DNA of 64,000 bases. Source: the human T2T-CHM13v2.0 reference genome, Homo sapiens. The notes beneath the pieces are model-generated. The model was not told the origin of the DNA and searched no databases. It was given only the letters and a program-made list of their open reading frames with translations. The stretch's first letter is position 1, and each line of letters begins with the position of its first letter. The stretch is taken from NCBI RefSeq assembly GCF_009914755.1, contig NC_060935.1; one strand, written 5' to 3'. A program made the translations under genes and the position numbers. This document shows, one piece after another, positions 13,631 to 25,934 of the stretch.

Positions 13631-14501
13631 CCAGCTCAGCAGGATGCATGTATGATGAGTCTGTAAAAAGGTGGTAATACAGGAATGAACATAGAGATCT
13701 CTGGAGGATCCAGTGACATTCTAGCTGAGGGATAAATTGTCCATGGGGAAAAAATTGTGATCAGTAGATTGAAGGCAAAGATCTTCTCCCACAATAATGT
13801 GGAGTTGTTATTACTCTTTTGTTTCTAAATCTGGACATTTTCCTAGAAGAGTTGCTAAGACAATGGATGTAACGTGAGCTCATCTCCTTCAGGTGCTGCA
13901 GAGAAAGAGATAAGAATATGATCCAACCATAAGAAGCAGTATTACTGTACATTACAGAAGAATGTTTGAATTCAAGAGACTTCCTAGTCCTGTCCATGCT
14001 TCAGGACAAACACTATTAATGCACTACTAAGCCTCAAATACTCCTCTAGTAAAGGGAGCAAAATTTTTTTAAATCATCTTTCAATATTAGGTTTTTGGGT
14101 GAGGTTAACAAGGTTTTCGGAATGAAACTGCCCAGAAAGTTATGTTTGGAACCAATCAACTCATTTAACATTTTATGTCAGTGTTGTTAAATGGAGTTTT
14201 ATGCAAATTGAGTATGTTAACATTGTTTCGTGGTATGAATATTTGTCCTGTATTTCAAATATTCCCAAGAGAGATGAGAAGGGGAAATTTGCTATTATTT
14301 GGCAATATTCCAGAAAGCTAATTACCTAAAAGAGGATTTATGAAAGACTGCATAGATTGTTGTTCTTCACATGCTTTTTGCAAAGGTGAGATTTTTTGCT
14401 TGAAGTATTTTTAAAATTTCTGTGCCTTCATACATTCTGTTTCTGGAGCTGAGGATGTCTCTTGCCATTGTCCCCAATTTTTCTTGCAAGTAGTTACTTA
14501 T

Positions 14502-14857
14502 TGTATCAGTCTGTTTTCACAGTTCTGTAGAGAACTGCCAAAGACTGGATAAATTATAAAGAAAGGAGGTTTAATTGACTCACAGTTTCACATGACTGGG
14601 GAGGCCTCAGGAAACTTATTCATGGCCGAAGGGAAAGCATGCATGTCTTACATGGCGGCAGGTGAGAGAGAAGAGAGCAAACGAAGAAGAGCCTTTTATA
14701 AAACCATCAGATCTTGTGAGAACTCACTCACTATCATGAGAACAGCATGGGGGAAAACAACCCCATGATCAAATCACCTCCCACCAGGTCTCTCCCCCAA
14801 CATGGGATTACAATTCCAGATGAGATTTGGGTGGGGACGCAAAGCCAAATCATATCA
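14502..14857 (-). mobile_element. Solo MaLR LTR (THE1D/MSTA-like)
   Basis: 356 bp with TG...CA termini, reverse complement of tgatatgatttggc...; perfect 5-bp TSD cttat at 14497-14501 and 14858-14862. Confidence 0.93.
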
Positions 14858-16599
14858 CTTATCCTTTCAGACTCAGTTCAATTGTCACTTTTGTTATGAA
14901 GCCTTTTATAACCCTCCTTGGCAAAATAGACCATGCCTTTGTGCCACTTATATACACAATAATCGCATTGTTACTACATCATTACATTTTTTATTTAAAT
15001 ACCTGGTCCCCCCAGTAGCTTAGTAATTCCTCCTTGGTGTGGGCCAATGTCATATTTTCTTTGAACCTACAGTACCTATAATCAATCTTTGAACCTAGAT
15101 CTCATTAAATATCTGTGGAAGGAAGGAAGAAAGGAAAGCAGGGATGGAGAAAGGGAAGGAGAATGGGAACAGGGGAAGGAGAGAGGAAGAAAACATCATT
15201 ACCCTCAAGCTAGGGGAATTTCGTAATCCTGGAGAATAAAAATGTAGGGGGGAAGAAAGAGCATAGGACTAGAATACAAGCTTAAATTCCACACAGTGTC
15301 TGTGACTTTGAGCAAAAGCTAAACCTTGGATTTTTTGGTAAAATTACAAGGATGTTAGAATTAAATGAAATAATATATATGTATGAAAGCACGAAACACA
15401 TAGTAGTTTCTCAAAGATTTAATCATTGAATATTGGTTCAATAAACCATAAACTAATTATCTTTTAAAATCCTGAACAAAATAAAATAAAGCACACTTGG
15501 CAAAGACTCTGCCTTCAGAATTTCTGCGTATCAAGATAATTTTCTTGTAAACATCAATTTATTTTTGTACTGCTAAAGCAATAGCAACAGCAAATTTTCT
15601 CAATGGAATGCCTCCCAAACAGCTTACTTTATACACTGACTTTTCCTGCCAGAATTAATTTTAGGGGGTAAGACATTTTTTATAGTCTCTTTAGTCCATG
15701 AAAATGCATCGTTTACATAAAAATCCCTAAGCTCATTAGTAAGGCAAAAACTCATATTTAAGCAATTAACCATAAAAATAGAAAACTGATCAGAAGCACA
15801 ATGAATTGGATTGGCAGATTTCTCTTTCCACACTGCAGAAACCCATTTTATCTTTAGCTCTAATGTGCATCTCCAGGAGAATCTCATCTTTATCAAACTA
15901 TTCTTCATGTATATTTCTTTGAGACCCCTGTCATCACAATCTGTTTTGATTATAAGAGAAGACAGCTTCCCCTTCACCCTCTTGCTTTTCACACACTACT
16001 TGAAGCACCCATGCCAAGATTCCAGTAGAAAAAGAGAACAGGAAGAGATGTGCATTTAAGTGCTATAGTCTGGTCCTATGTAACTATTTGAACTGCCCTT
16101 TCTGAACCACCTTCTTAGTTCCAATCTGGTGAACCTCTCCTTTCCTTTACATCTACATACTGCACGCGTAGCTTCTTGCTCCTTTTTTCTGTGCCTTTGC
16201 TAATATAACACTATTCTCTCTCTCCCTCTTTCTGATGTTCTCCTTGTTCTTTTCCATCTTTCAAGACCCAACCTAAGCTCTAATGGGCTGCTTTAAGCTC
16301 GTTCTCCCTAATCTCTGTGCTGAGTTTATATACATACCCAATAACCAGCACGTTGTTCAAGGCAATCTTATTCTTTAATAATTTATTTTTAAAACTTACC
16401 ATTTTATACCAGATGGTTTGTGGCTTATTCTCTCTTTCATACTATGTGTATACTCTTAGAGAAATGAACTCAATTTCAGCACATAGATAGGCACTCAGAT
16501 AATGATTTTCTTTTTTTTTTTACTAATCGAAGGTGTTTTCATTACAATACTTAACTGAAGGCAGACCCCACATAAATACACATACACATGCATTCTGTT

Positions 16600-16970
16600 T
16601 GTCATCAGAAAAGCAAAGTGCAGATTATAAAACATCTAGGTTCCAATCTGTTTTGTCATTTACTACATTTGTAGACTTGAAAAAATTACTTTTAACATTG
16701 ATTTTACAATCTTAATTAAGAAAATAATACCTGCCAAGAAGGTGTTTTCTTAGCTGTAAAATGAAGATAATAATTGTACCTACCTCATAAATTTAATTAT
16801 GAGAATTTAATGAGAAAATAAAATAGAACATTTCAGAGCTGTACTGGGCACAGAGAAGGTGTTTAATACATTTGGTTATTATTGATATTATTATGGTTCA
16901 TAATAATGTGACTAATATATCCTGCGTACTAATTAGCACATGGTAGAACCCCAATAAATGGCAATTCTGT
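16600..16970 (+). mobile_element. MIR SINE(s), probably one nested in another
   Basis: Core gctgtaaaatgaagataataattgtacctacctcata and two successive MIR-like 3' tails. Confidence 0.65.
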
Positions 16971-17179
16971 GCCTTCTGTTTTCTTCCTTACATGCACCTT
17001 TTCCTTCTAAAATTTGAGAACTCCAGCAGGTTTTTATAATCAATATCATGAGTGAACTTACAGTGAATCTTTCCAATTCATTTTCGCAGCAGGAAAATAG
17101 CTGATGTATTATTGACCTCTCTTAATATGCTGAAAACTGGTATTACAATGCTGGGGAAAGATGATGCAGCAAATATGTT

Positions 17180-17590
17180 TCATCCATTTGTTCTATAAAT
17201 TATTGATGGAATAACTACACCAGACATCATTCCAGCCCTGGAAGCATAGCAGTGGATAAGGCAAACAAGCATCCTGTGTGTATTGAGCTTACATTTTAGT
17301 AGTATAAAAAGATGGTAAGCAAACAATCAGATAAATAACCATTTCAGGTATTGACAAATATGATGAAAAAGAGAAACAAGACAATGTACCCTAATACTAA
17401 GAGGGGTTGGGTAAACTGGATATGGTGGCTATGGAATCGCTTCCTGGGAAGATGACATTTGAACTGAGATCTGAGTGATGAGAAGGATACACATATGCAG
17501 CAATCTAAGAAATAGTGTTCCAGAAAGAGGGAAGAACAGTGTAAAAACCCTGAAGCAAGAAAAAATTTGAGCTCATTACAATTTTTCAGG
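17180..17590 (-). mobile_element. L2 LINE 3' fragment
   Basis: gagcttacattttagt...ttcctgggaagatgacatttgaactgagatctgagtgatgagaagga. Confidence 0.8.
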
Positions 17591-18903
17591 TGTAATAATA
17601 CATTGACAAAGAACAAGTCAAATACAATAACTGATTACACTTCCTGGATATATGGCATTTGGGTATTTTTCATCAAGTCTCGAGTTCTGGCTATGAACCT
17701 GCACCTGACAAGGGAATACTATGTGTTAGTTTACACTGTGCATTCTGCAAACTCACCATTCATGGCATGATACCAAATGATTCCTATTAGAGAGAGGAAC
17801 ATCAAGCTTTTCTTTTTATAGCCAATGTCTCTCTTTTAGGACAGAATGCTGTAAACCTACATTTTCTTATTCAGCAAGATTCCCCATCCAAGGCCTTATT
17901 TTTAGAATTATATCAATAATAATTTTCCTGTGATGGCCCATCATATTTGAGATCCAATTCATTGGTGTTTATACAGCTGATTAAACTTTTCACTCTGCTG
18001 TATCTTAGCTATAATGTGTCAACAGTTTTGTCTACATTGATAACCTCCCAGTGCAGAGGTGCCATAATTAAGCATCTTGTTTTGACAGAACTGTTACTGT
18101 ACTGGCATTTAGAAGGACAGAAAAAAAGTAAGAAATAAAAAAGCAATTTATTTTCCTAATATTCAGTGTTTATGTGTGCAGTAGATGCTAAATATCTGTA
18201 TACCCAATGCTCTGCAAATAAGTGGATTGGAGGAATTGCTTTACTGTAATATTTTTTATCAGTATAAATAAGATTTATAAAATTATGATACAACTAATTT
18301 TTCATCTAAAAAAAGCATCTTTTAAAAACAAGGTCTAAAACAATAGTGAAAATTGGTGCTGTTTTAACATTTGTTGTTTTTTTCCACGTGGATGGAGAAT
18401 TAAATTACAACAAAAGTTATTGATAACATTCTATGGGTAAGGTAGCACACCAGATACTTTAAGAAAAAAATTAATTATTGATCCTTTCTGTTCTGGGAGT
18501 TCATAGTCTGGAAAAAGACAAGATGTAAGATATGAACCTGAAAGACTATAAAATATTGACCTGAAAGTGATTTTTTTAATAAAAGAGATTCAAAGAAAAT
18601 GTTTTGGTGGTCTAGAGTCAGGATTGATTAGGTTTCATAGAAAAGGTGGCATTTGAACAGAACATTAATTGAAAAAAAAATGGTTTTTGATCAAAAGTAT
18701 TGGGACAGGAAAATATGAAGATGAATGGAGACCTAGGGTAATTCTGTAGGACCATACTGAAGAATTCACTAGTGAAATAAGCATGGTAAAGAGGTGGCAT
18801 TTTTAAAACTGCTAGGTGAACAAAGTGGAAAGTATGCAACAAGGCTTTTGGTTGACAGTCCCCAAACCTCCCCAGGTGGTGGCATTATTCTGACAAATGT
18901 ACT

Positions 18904-18971
18904 TTCCTTCCTTCCTTCCTTCCTTCCTTCCTTCCTTCCTTCCTTCCTTCCTTCCTTCCTTCCTTCCTTCC
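18904..18971. repeat. (TTCC)17 / (GGAA)17 microsatellite
   Basis: 17 uninterrupted units counted directly, followed by a degenerate CT tract to about 19025. Confidence 0.97.
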
Positions 18972-19024
18972 TTTTCTTCTTTCCTTCCTCCCTTCTCCCT
19001 CCTTCCCTCCCTCTCTTTCCTTCT

Positions 19025-19640
19025 TTAAATTCATTCCTTTGTTATAAATGTATTGTTCTAACTAGGTGCTGAGTTGAAGTAATATATAAAATAGGCCTCA
19101 TCATTTGCTCTCATTGGCTTATTATTATTTATATACTCTTGTGAGGGAGATAGATAAAAGCCTAATCCTAAAATAAGTAAATTTACAGCATTATAAATCA
19201 TGTAAACATTATTGAGAAAATAAAAAAGAGTGAAACCAAGAAGTATAAAGGTTTTTCTAAAGATGTGGCATTTAAGCGAGTCTTTTTAAAAAAAATGCAG
19301 AAATAAGACTTTTAAAGAAGATCAAAGGAACATTCCAAGAAGAGGAAATATTATTTGCATAGGCCTTGAGCAAGGTTAACAGTTTGGCCTATTCAGGATA
19401 TTAGAAGAAAATAGGAATGGTTGGAGAGAAGTTAAGGATGGGGAAAAAGCTAGGCAGAGACCAGAATATGTGGTAATTTAATGAAATGGGTTTTTAATGA
19501 AATGGGAAATCAGTCACTGATGAATTATAATATTAAGTGCTATTCCTGCTATGAAAATAAGTCAGTGGGAGTGAGGGTAAGAGTGAAATTAGGGAAAGTA
19601 GCTAAAAAATTGTATCTCAAGCAGGAGATGGTAGTACATT
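19025..19640 (-). mobile_element. L2 LINE 3' fragment
   Basis: aaggaacattccaagaagaggaaata...tgcataggccttgag; gatgtggcatttaagc. Confidence 0.7.
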
Positions 19641-20324
19641 ATGATATCATTAGTGTATGATCTTTAATGGTGATAGCAAAACTGATTGGAGGTGGGACCA
19701 GGTATTAAACTCCCCAATTATTTTTCTACGACTCAAAATCTGGAGATAAGACACTTTGAATCCCTCTTGACAGCAATCAGCTGACTACCAATCTGTTGAG
19801 AGCACCACATTGACAACCCTGTCACCTTCCTGTAATGTGCAAGTCCATAAATAAACAGTTTCTGAGTCACTACCTTCTGACCTCTATTTACACTTTTATG
19901 CAATCAGTCTTGTGACACAGCATTTACAGTGAAATCTTTATCAAGCCCATTAACGATGTAATATGGATAAGTGAGAGAGAGCAATCAATACACAGGGAGA
20001 AATATATACCACCTAACTTGGCCTCAACCACATACAACTGAGGCCTCAGTCTCTGGGATGAAACTATGAGCTTTGATCCAACCTCAACTCTCTTTCCTAT
20101 GCTCCTTAGAGCAATGTGCATTTGGTATCCTTAGTTTCTTCTTGGCAAGCATTCCAATTTGCATATTTTCAGTAAGTTACTTTATTTCTAAACCTTCTAC
20201 TCACCAGCATTCTTTTCCCAATGACAGAACACCTAAAGGCTTGAGGTATCTATAACTTAGCCTTTATAGGCAATCATCCTGGAAACTTAGAAGCCATTGT
20301 CCTTTCACCCAGAAAAAAAAATAA

Positions 20325-20328
20325 ACAC

Positions 20329-20359
<31 letters not shown>
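20325..20359. repeat. (CA)n microsatellite
   Basis: Seen directly; one CG interruption. Confidence 0.95.
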
Positions 20360-20769
20360 AACAAACAAAAAACACCTCCATTCTCATCAGACCTCAGATC
20401 ATCTCAGCCACAAATTTTCAACCAAATGTTCAAATACTGTTATGAACATAATCTCATATAGTTGTCCTTAAAAAGCAGACAACCAAACAAAAAAGATTCC
20501 AGGATTCAATAAGAGTTAAAAATGCTACATACTTTAATCACCATCTCCCACTTTAGAGATCCATGATGCATTTTAGCATATACAAGTTTTGTGAAATCTT
20601 ACAGTAGACAATCTTGAATTTTAAGTAACAGAATATTTGGCAAATTCACCTAAGGAAACTATTCTGTGAATACCTACAAATATTCTTCTGGATAGAATTC
20701 TGCAAAATATGCCTTGGAAAATGCTGTTGTATTATTTATTGCTATTTTTATCCATATTTCTGATTAATT

Positions 20770-21052
20770 AATTTATTTATTTACTTTGAGACAGAGTCTT
20801 GTTCTGTCTCCTAGGCTGGAGTGAAGTAGCGTGATCTCGGCTTACTGCAACTTACGCCTCCCTGGTTCAAGTGATTCTCATGAGTAGCTGGGACTACAGG
20901 CACAGGCCACCACACACAGCTAATTTTTGTATTTTTACTAGAGATGGGGTTTCACCATGCCAGGCTGGTTTCAAACTCCTGGCCTCAAGTGATCCACCTT
21001 CCTTAGCTTCCCAAAGTGCTGGGATTACAGGCGTGAGCCATGGCACCTGGCC
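20770..21052 (-). mobile_element. Alu SINE, AluS-like, with a short right-arm deletion
   Basis: gtgattctca joined directly to tgagtagctgg; degenerate TSD atatttctgattaa / atatgtctgattaa. Confidence 0.93.
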
Positions 21053-21079
21053 AATATGTCTGATTAAATTAAATCACTA

Positions 21080-21290
21080 TGGTATCCATGAGGGTGCTCA
21101 CCAATACCTCTCATTCTCCATTTTTTAGATCCACATGTGGATTTTACTTTCCCTTTCCTTTTAAGTTAAGCATGGACATATGACTGCTAGAATTAGTAAA
21201 ATATGAGCAGAAGTGTGTCACTTTCAGAAATAAGAATTTAATTTCTGGTACGAGTCTGTCCAGAGTGCTCCTGATCATGCTATGAAGAAG
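21080..21290 (+). mobile_element. MLT1I/J-like MaLR LTR fragment
   Basis: ttaagttaagcatggacatatgactg...atatgagcagaagtgtgtcactttc. Confidence 0.55.
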
Positions 21291-22139
21291 TGCTTATCAT
21301 TCCTATATTGTGAATGACAAAACTAATTTTCAGAGAAAACTAGGGAAGGATTCTAATCTGTGTGTTTCAAAGTCCATACTTTTTCTAGTACACCTTGCTG
21401 CCTGAAGTTTATATTTATATCACACTAAGAAAATGTTAAGGTTTATATGCACCTATCATCTTTCAAAAAGAGATGTTATTCTTTTAATGGGTTTAATTTT
21501 GAAACCATTATTCATGCAAAATTCAGTACACTATTCCACCTACTTATGTTTTCATTAGTGTGAGTGTCTTGAGTGAAAGCCAACATTACTCATTTCCCAA
21601 CAGCAAAAAACACATATCTATGCATTTCTTCCTTTGAGTTAGTAGAAAATGACAAAATATAATATGTCCTTATGTTATTAAAGTACTCAAACCAAGTTAA
21701 TGAAACCATTCTAATTGAAGACAGCAGGATGTCTCCTATATATCTCTTTTGGAGAATTAGACAAACGTTCAGGAAATTTTGATCCCTGTTCTGCTTTTTA
21801 CTTTAATTTCCTGTTGTGTTTGGGGAAGTCATCAAACTCTTTCATTTGTAATTTCCTCATTTGTAAAATAAGGATAGTAATGTCTGCTTTGAAAATGTCA
21901 TAGGTTATTTTTATTTATACACTCATGAAACTTAAATTTATACGTTTATGAGATTACATAAAGACACATGCACACACTACCACTTTGAACCTAAAAACAC
22001 TCTTAATATGTAGTATTATTATTCTCTTCTAACTCATTTCTCTTTTTATTATTTTCATCCAAATTACTTATTATAACTATAGTCATTGTTTTCTCTATAA
22101 TGACCAAGAAAAATAAAAAATTTTCACTATTTCAACAAT

Positions 22140-22455
22140 ACTTTTACCAATATCTTAAACTCTCAACAGTAGATTAACAACTAGTTATTTCCTGTTATCT
22201 GAATCCTACTAACTGAGCACTGCTGGAGAAAGTCGTATTACCAAACATTTACATCATAAAATATATGATAACCAGTCTCACATGGGCCTTGAACATCATA
22301 CACAAACCTTACCATTTCACTCACATTCTCCTTAACCATTTTAAACATTGCCAATTCTCTTAAAACTCTGATATCCCCAGGAGCCATCCAATCATACACA
22401 CATATGTTTTTGTTCACAGCAGATACAACCTCATCTTCCACTTCACAGAGGAAAT
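22140..22455 (+). mobile_element. L2 ORF2 fragment
   Basis: ctgagcactgctggagaaa...catgggccttgaaca...ttccacttcacagaggaaat. Confidence 0.6.
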
Positions 22456-22459
22456 TATT

Positions 22460-24050
22460 TTCAGTATAAATGCATTAGGTGCCTATTAAATAACAGGCAT
22501 TGATTTAGTTGCTGGGAATATGGTTATCCAACAGACATATAATGTCCCAGGTTTTTGAGTCTTTATATTCAAATAAAAAAAACAGACAATAAATATGTGA
22601 ACAGATTTCAAATAAACGTATGGTTAGATAGAGAAAATTCTAGAAGAATAGACAGACAAGGATTGATCAGTATCATAAGTTCAGGTAGTGATGTGTTTTG
22701 AGGACAATAAACCAAAATAATAAGATAACAATATGTATACCTTATATACAGTGATCAATAAAGGCCCTTCTAATGAGGAGTCACTTGAGCAATGAGGCAG
22801 AGACTGCTGATTATTTATCCCAATATCAGTAATTCTTTCTTAGTAATAGAGCTCTAATTTTTAGTGGGCACATGATCACCAAGAAAAAGTAACACATTTC
22901 CTGTACTCTTCTGTAGCTAAGTGTTGCTATATAACTGAGTTGCAGCCAGTGCAATATTAAGAAGTGCCTTTTGGTACTACTGGAAGTTCTTCTTAAAAGG
23001 GAGGAGATGAGATTTTTTTTTCCACTTCCTCCACCCCACTGCCTAGATTATGTTGCAATGTTGCAGTTGTAATGGGAAGATACTAGCAGAAGTAGGAGAA
23101 AAGGCCTGTGGAATATGTCCATATTTGCATTTGAGAAACAACACTGGCTGCTCTCTGAAGAGACTATGCGGAGCAGAAACAAAGCAAGGTAACTCATTGG
23201 GAGGTTATTATGCTCACTCTAAGGCAGCATGATAGTAGCTAGGGAAGCTGCAGAGGGTATGATAAAAGGGGTTGTATTTTGAATATATTTTGCAAGAAGC
23301 TAACAAGGCTTGCTAAGAGTTGAATGTGAAGAGTGGCAAGTGGGAAAGACATGCACCAAGGCTGACTCCTAAATTGTTGGCCAGTGAATTGTGGTGCCAT
23401 TTACTCAAGTGATAAAGACTGGGGAAGAAGCAGATCTGAGGGAAAGTGGATAGTGAAGAATCTTAAGTTTTATTTTGGATGTGTATGTTTAGCCTGGCAT
23501 GTCTATGAGACATTCAAGTGGAAACATTGAGAAGACATTTGCGCATTTCTGGAGCCCTGGGAGTAAAATAAGATATATACATCAGGGAGTTATAAATATA
23601 CAAGTGGCATTTAAGCTATGAAACTAAATAAAATCAATTAAATAGAGAATCTAGATGAAGAAGGACAGGGGATTACAGACCATGTGTCACTGCAACTTTT
23701 AGAGTCCGGACAGATTGAGGGAAGTCAACAAAGAAGTCTGAGAGGGAGAAATCTGGAAGGTATTACAGAGAAAACAGGAGGGTGTTGAGTCACAAAGCTT
23801 GGTGAGAAAGTGCTGCAAGAAAGAGTATCAGACGCTGCTGAGAGATTGAAGAGGTAGAGAAAGAGAATTCATCATGAGTTTGCAAAGATGGAGAGCAACG
23901 ACCTTGATAAAAGCTGTTTTGGTGAAATGGTAGGAACAAAATCCTTCTTGGGATGAAGAGAAAGGGGAGGAAGTAATTGGCTGTTCTATGAAGAGGAGCA
24001 AGGAAATTCCACAATAGAAGGAGTGTGATGAAGAGCGAGTTGTTTGTTCG
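22460..24050 (-). mobile_element. L2 LINE 3' region interrupted by an MLT1J-like LTR
   Basis: ccaaggctgactcctaaattgttggcc...gtggtgccatttact...gagacattcaagtggaaa...gcaaccttgataaaagctgttttggtgaaatggtagg-like segments. Confidence 0.8.
22793..23100 (+). mobile_element. MLT1J-like MaLR LTR
   Basis: tgaggcagagactgctga...ttctttcttagtaataga...acacatttcc...gtagctaagtgttgctatataactgagtt. Confidence 0.65.
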
Positions 24051-24489
24051 TTTGTTTGGCTAGTAGGTTTATTGGTTTTGTATATTTTTATTACTTTCTA
24101 AATAGGAAGATATTTTTAAGTGTCAGCAAGAAAATTGGAGTAAGCTAATCAATAGATAAATTAATAATGTAAATAAAGGCAGGCTAGAGTATACCAGAGG
24201 AATGGATCTAAAAGTAAGAAAGGCAAGCTGAATTTACAACCACGAGAACTGGGATCATGTCTGCTATTGCTAACTATTAAATCCTCAGTTCCTAGAATAG
24301 TGGTGAAGACATAGTAGATGCTTATTTATTAGATGGTAAGTAGTTAGATGAATTAATGAATGCTAGGTCTATAGTTTTAACCTGCATATTTTATTACAAA
24401 ATCTTTCATTCTTATTATTGCATTTTCTGCTTAAAATATCTTGGAGCTTCCCATAGTCTGTTTTAACAGGGATTGTTTAAATACAAGCC

Positions 24490-24920
24490 TCAAGTTGGCA
24501 CAAGGACACATGATGTGTGTCTCTGCCACATAATGGCTGGTCTCTGCCTGTCACTGTAGTCTCAGTTCTCTACATTCCCACTTGCATCCTACTCTACATT
24601 CACACTGAAGTGAATTACTAGCTCTACAAGTACATCATGCTTTAGTGCCAAGTGTTCTCTGTTCTTGCAAAAACTCTCCCTCATCAGCACCCTGTATTTG
24701 CCAAATCCAATTTATCCTTTAGCAATCAGCTTAAACACCATTCCCCCGGGAAGATTTCTCTGACCTGATTTTCTGAACTAGACCTTTTTGATGTTCCCAA
24801 AGCAAATGCACAAAGCTCTTACAAATAACTATGATATAATATTAATTTTGTTTATTAGCTTGTTTCCGTAATTAAAATTAAACTCTAAAGTAAATATGCT
24901 TTTCATCACTGAATACCAAG
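24490..24920 (+). mobile_element. L2 LINE 3' fragment
   Basis: tatcctttagcaatcagcttaaacaccattcccccgggaagatttctctgacc. Confidence 0.6.
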
Positions 24921-25934
24921 AACTTTACTTAAGACATTTAGTTAATGCCATTAAGTATCAAAAAGATGACCATGTCATTTAATCAACCAAAAATATTTAC
25001 TCTCTCAAAGTCTTCAAGAAATGGGAGTGTCTACGTTGAAATTTTCCTCATATTTTCTTGTTGCTATCTGATTAAAAATTCAAATACTTAATGAGCCCCA
25101 AATCTTAAAAGAGCTCATAATATAAGTGAGCCAGGTCATATAAAGTAGCACAGTATCATCATGAGTTAGTGTAGGTTCGCAAATAACAGGGTTTCCATCT
25201 GGCATTCCTTCATCCTTTGGCAAACATCCATAATTAATTACAGTAGCCCTACTGAGATGGGATGTGGCCTTAGAAGCTGTTTTAGTGCAGTATTTTTATG
25301 CACACTGTATGAAAGTTTGCATAGAAAATGAAATCTATTTTCATTCCCTGAGTTAGTACAGTGAATTGGATAAGAGTAATGTCCTGGGTAAATGGAATAA
25401 AGTTCAATTCAACCTTGATGGAAATAGGGAGATAAACTAAGGAAGGTTTACAGCATTGTGTATGCATTGGGAAAAGGGCAGGTAGCCTCATGACACCAGA
25501 TAGCTGACAAGAAAAAGGAGTTTAGCAAGAGAATGAAAAAGAGATCATGGATAAATTTGAGATATTTTAAAATCTAGTATGGTCCGGTGGTTTCTTATAG
25601 AGACCATAAAGTTTCTCCAGCCCTGACATGAATCTCCATGAACATTAGTGCAACTCTTAGTCATCTGGAGGGCTGTAGCCTGGGCCAGATGCAAAGGAAT
25701 AGATTGATCTTGAAGAGTCCGAAATCTGGTGTTCAGAAATATAGCTGATAATTTACCTGAACAAGGAAATACCTTAGCAGAACTCTGAGATTCCTAGCGC
25801 AAAAGAACACTATTACATAATAAAAGCTGTGAAATTCTTGAAGGCAAGAGCTTCAGTTTAACAATCACTGAATCACCTGACATGGTTGGTACCTAATAAA
25901 TATCTATTCTAGGACTGCCAGCAGTGCCTCACAG

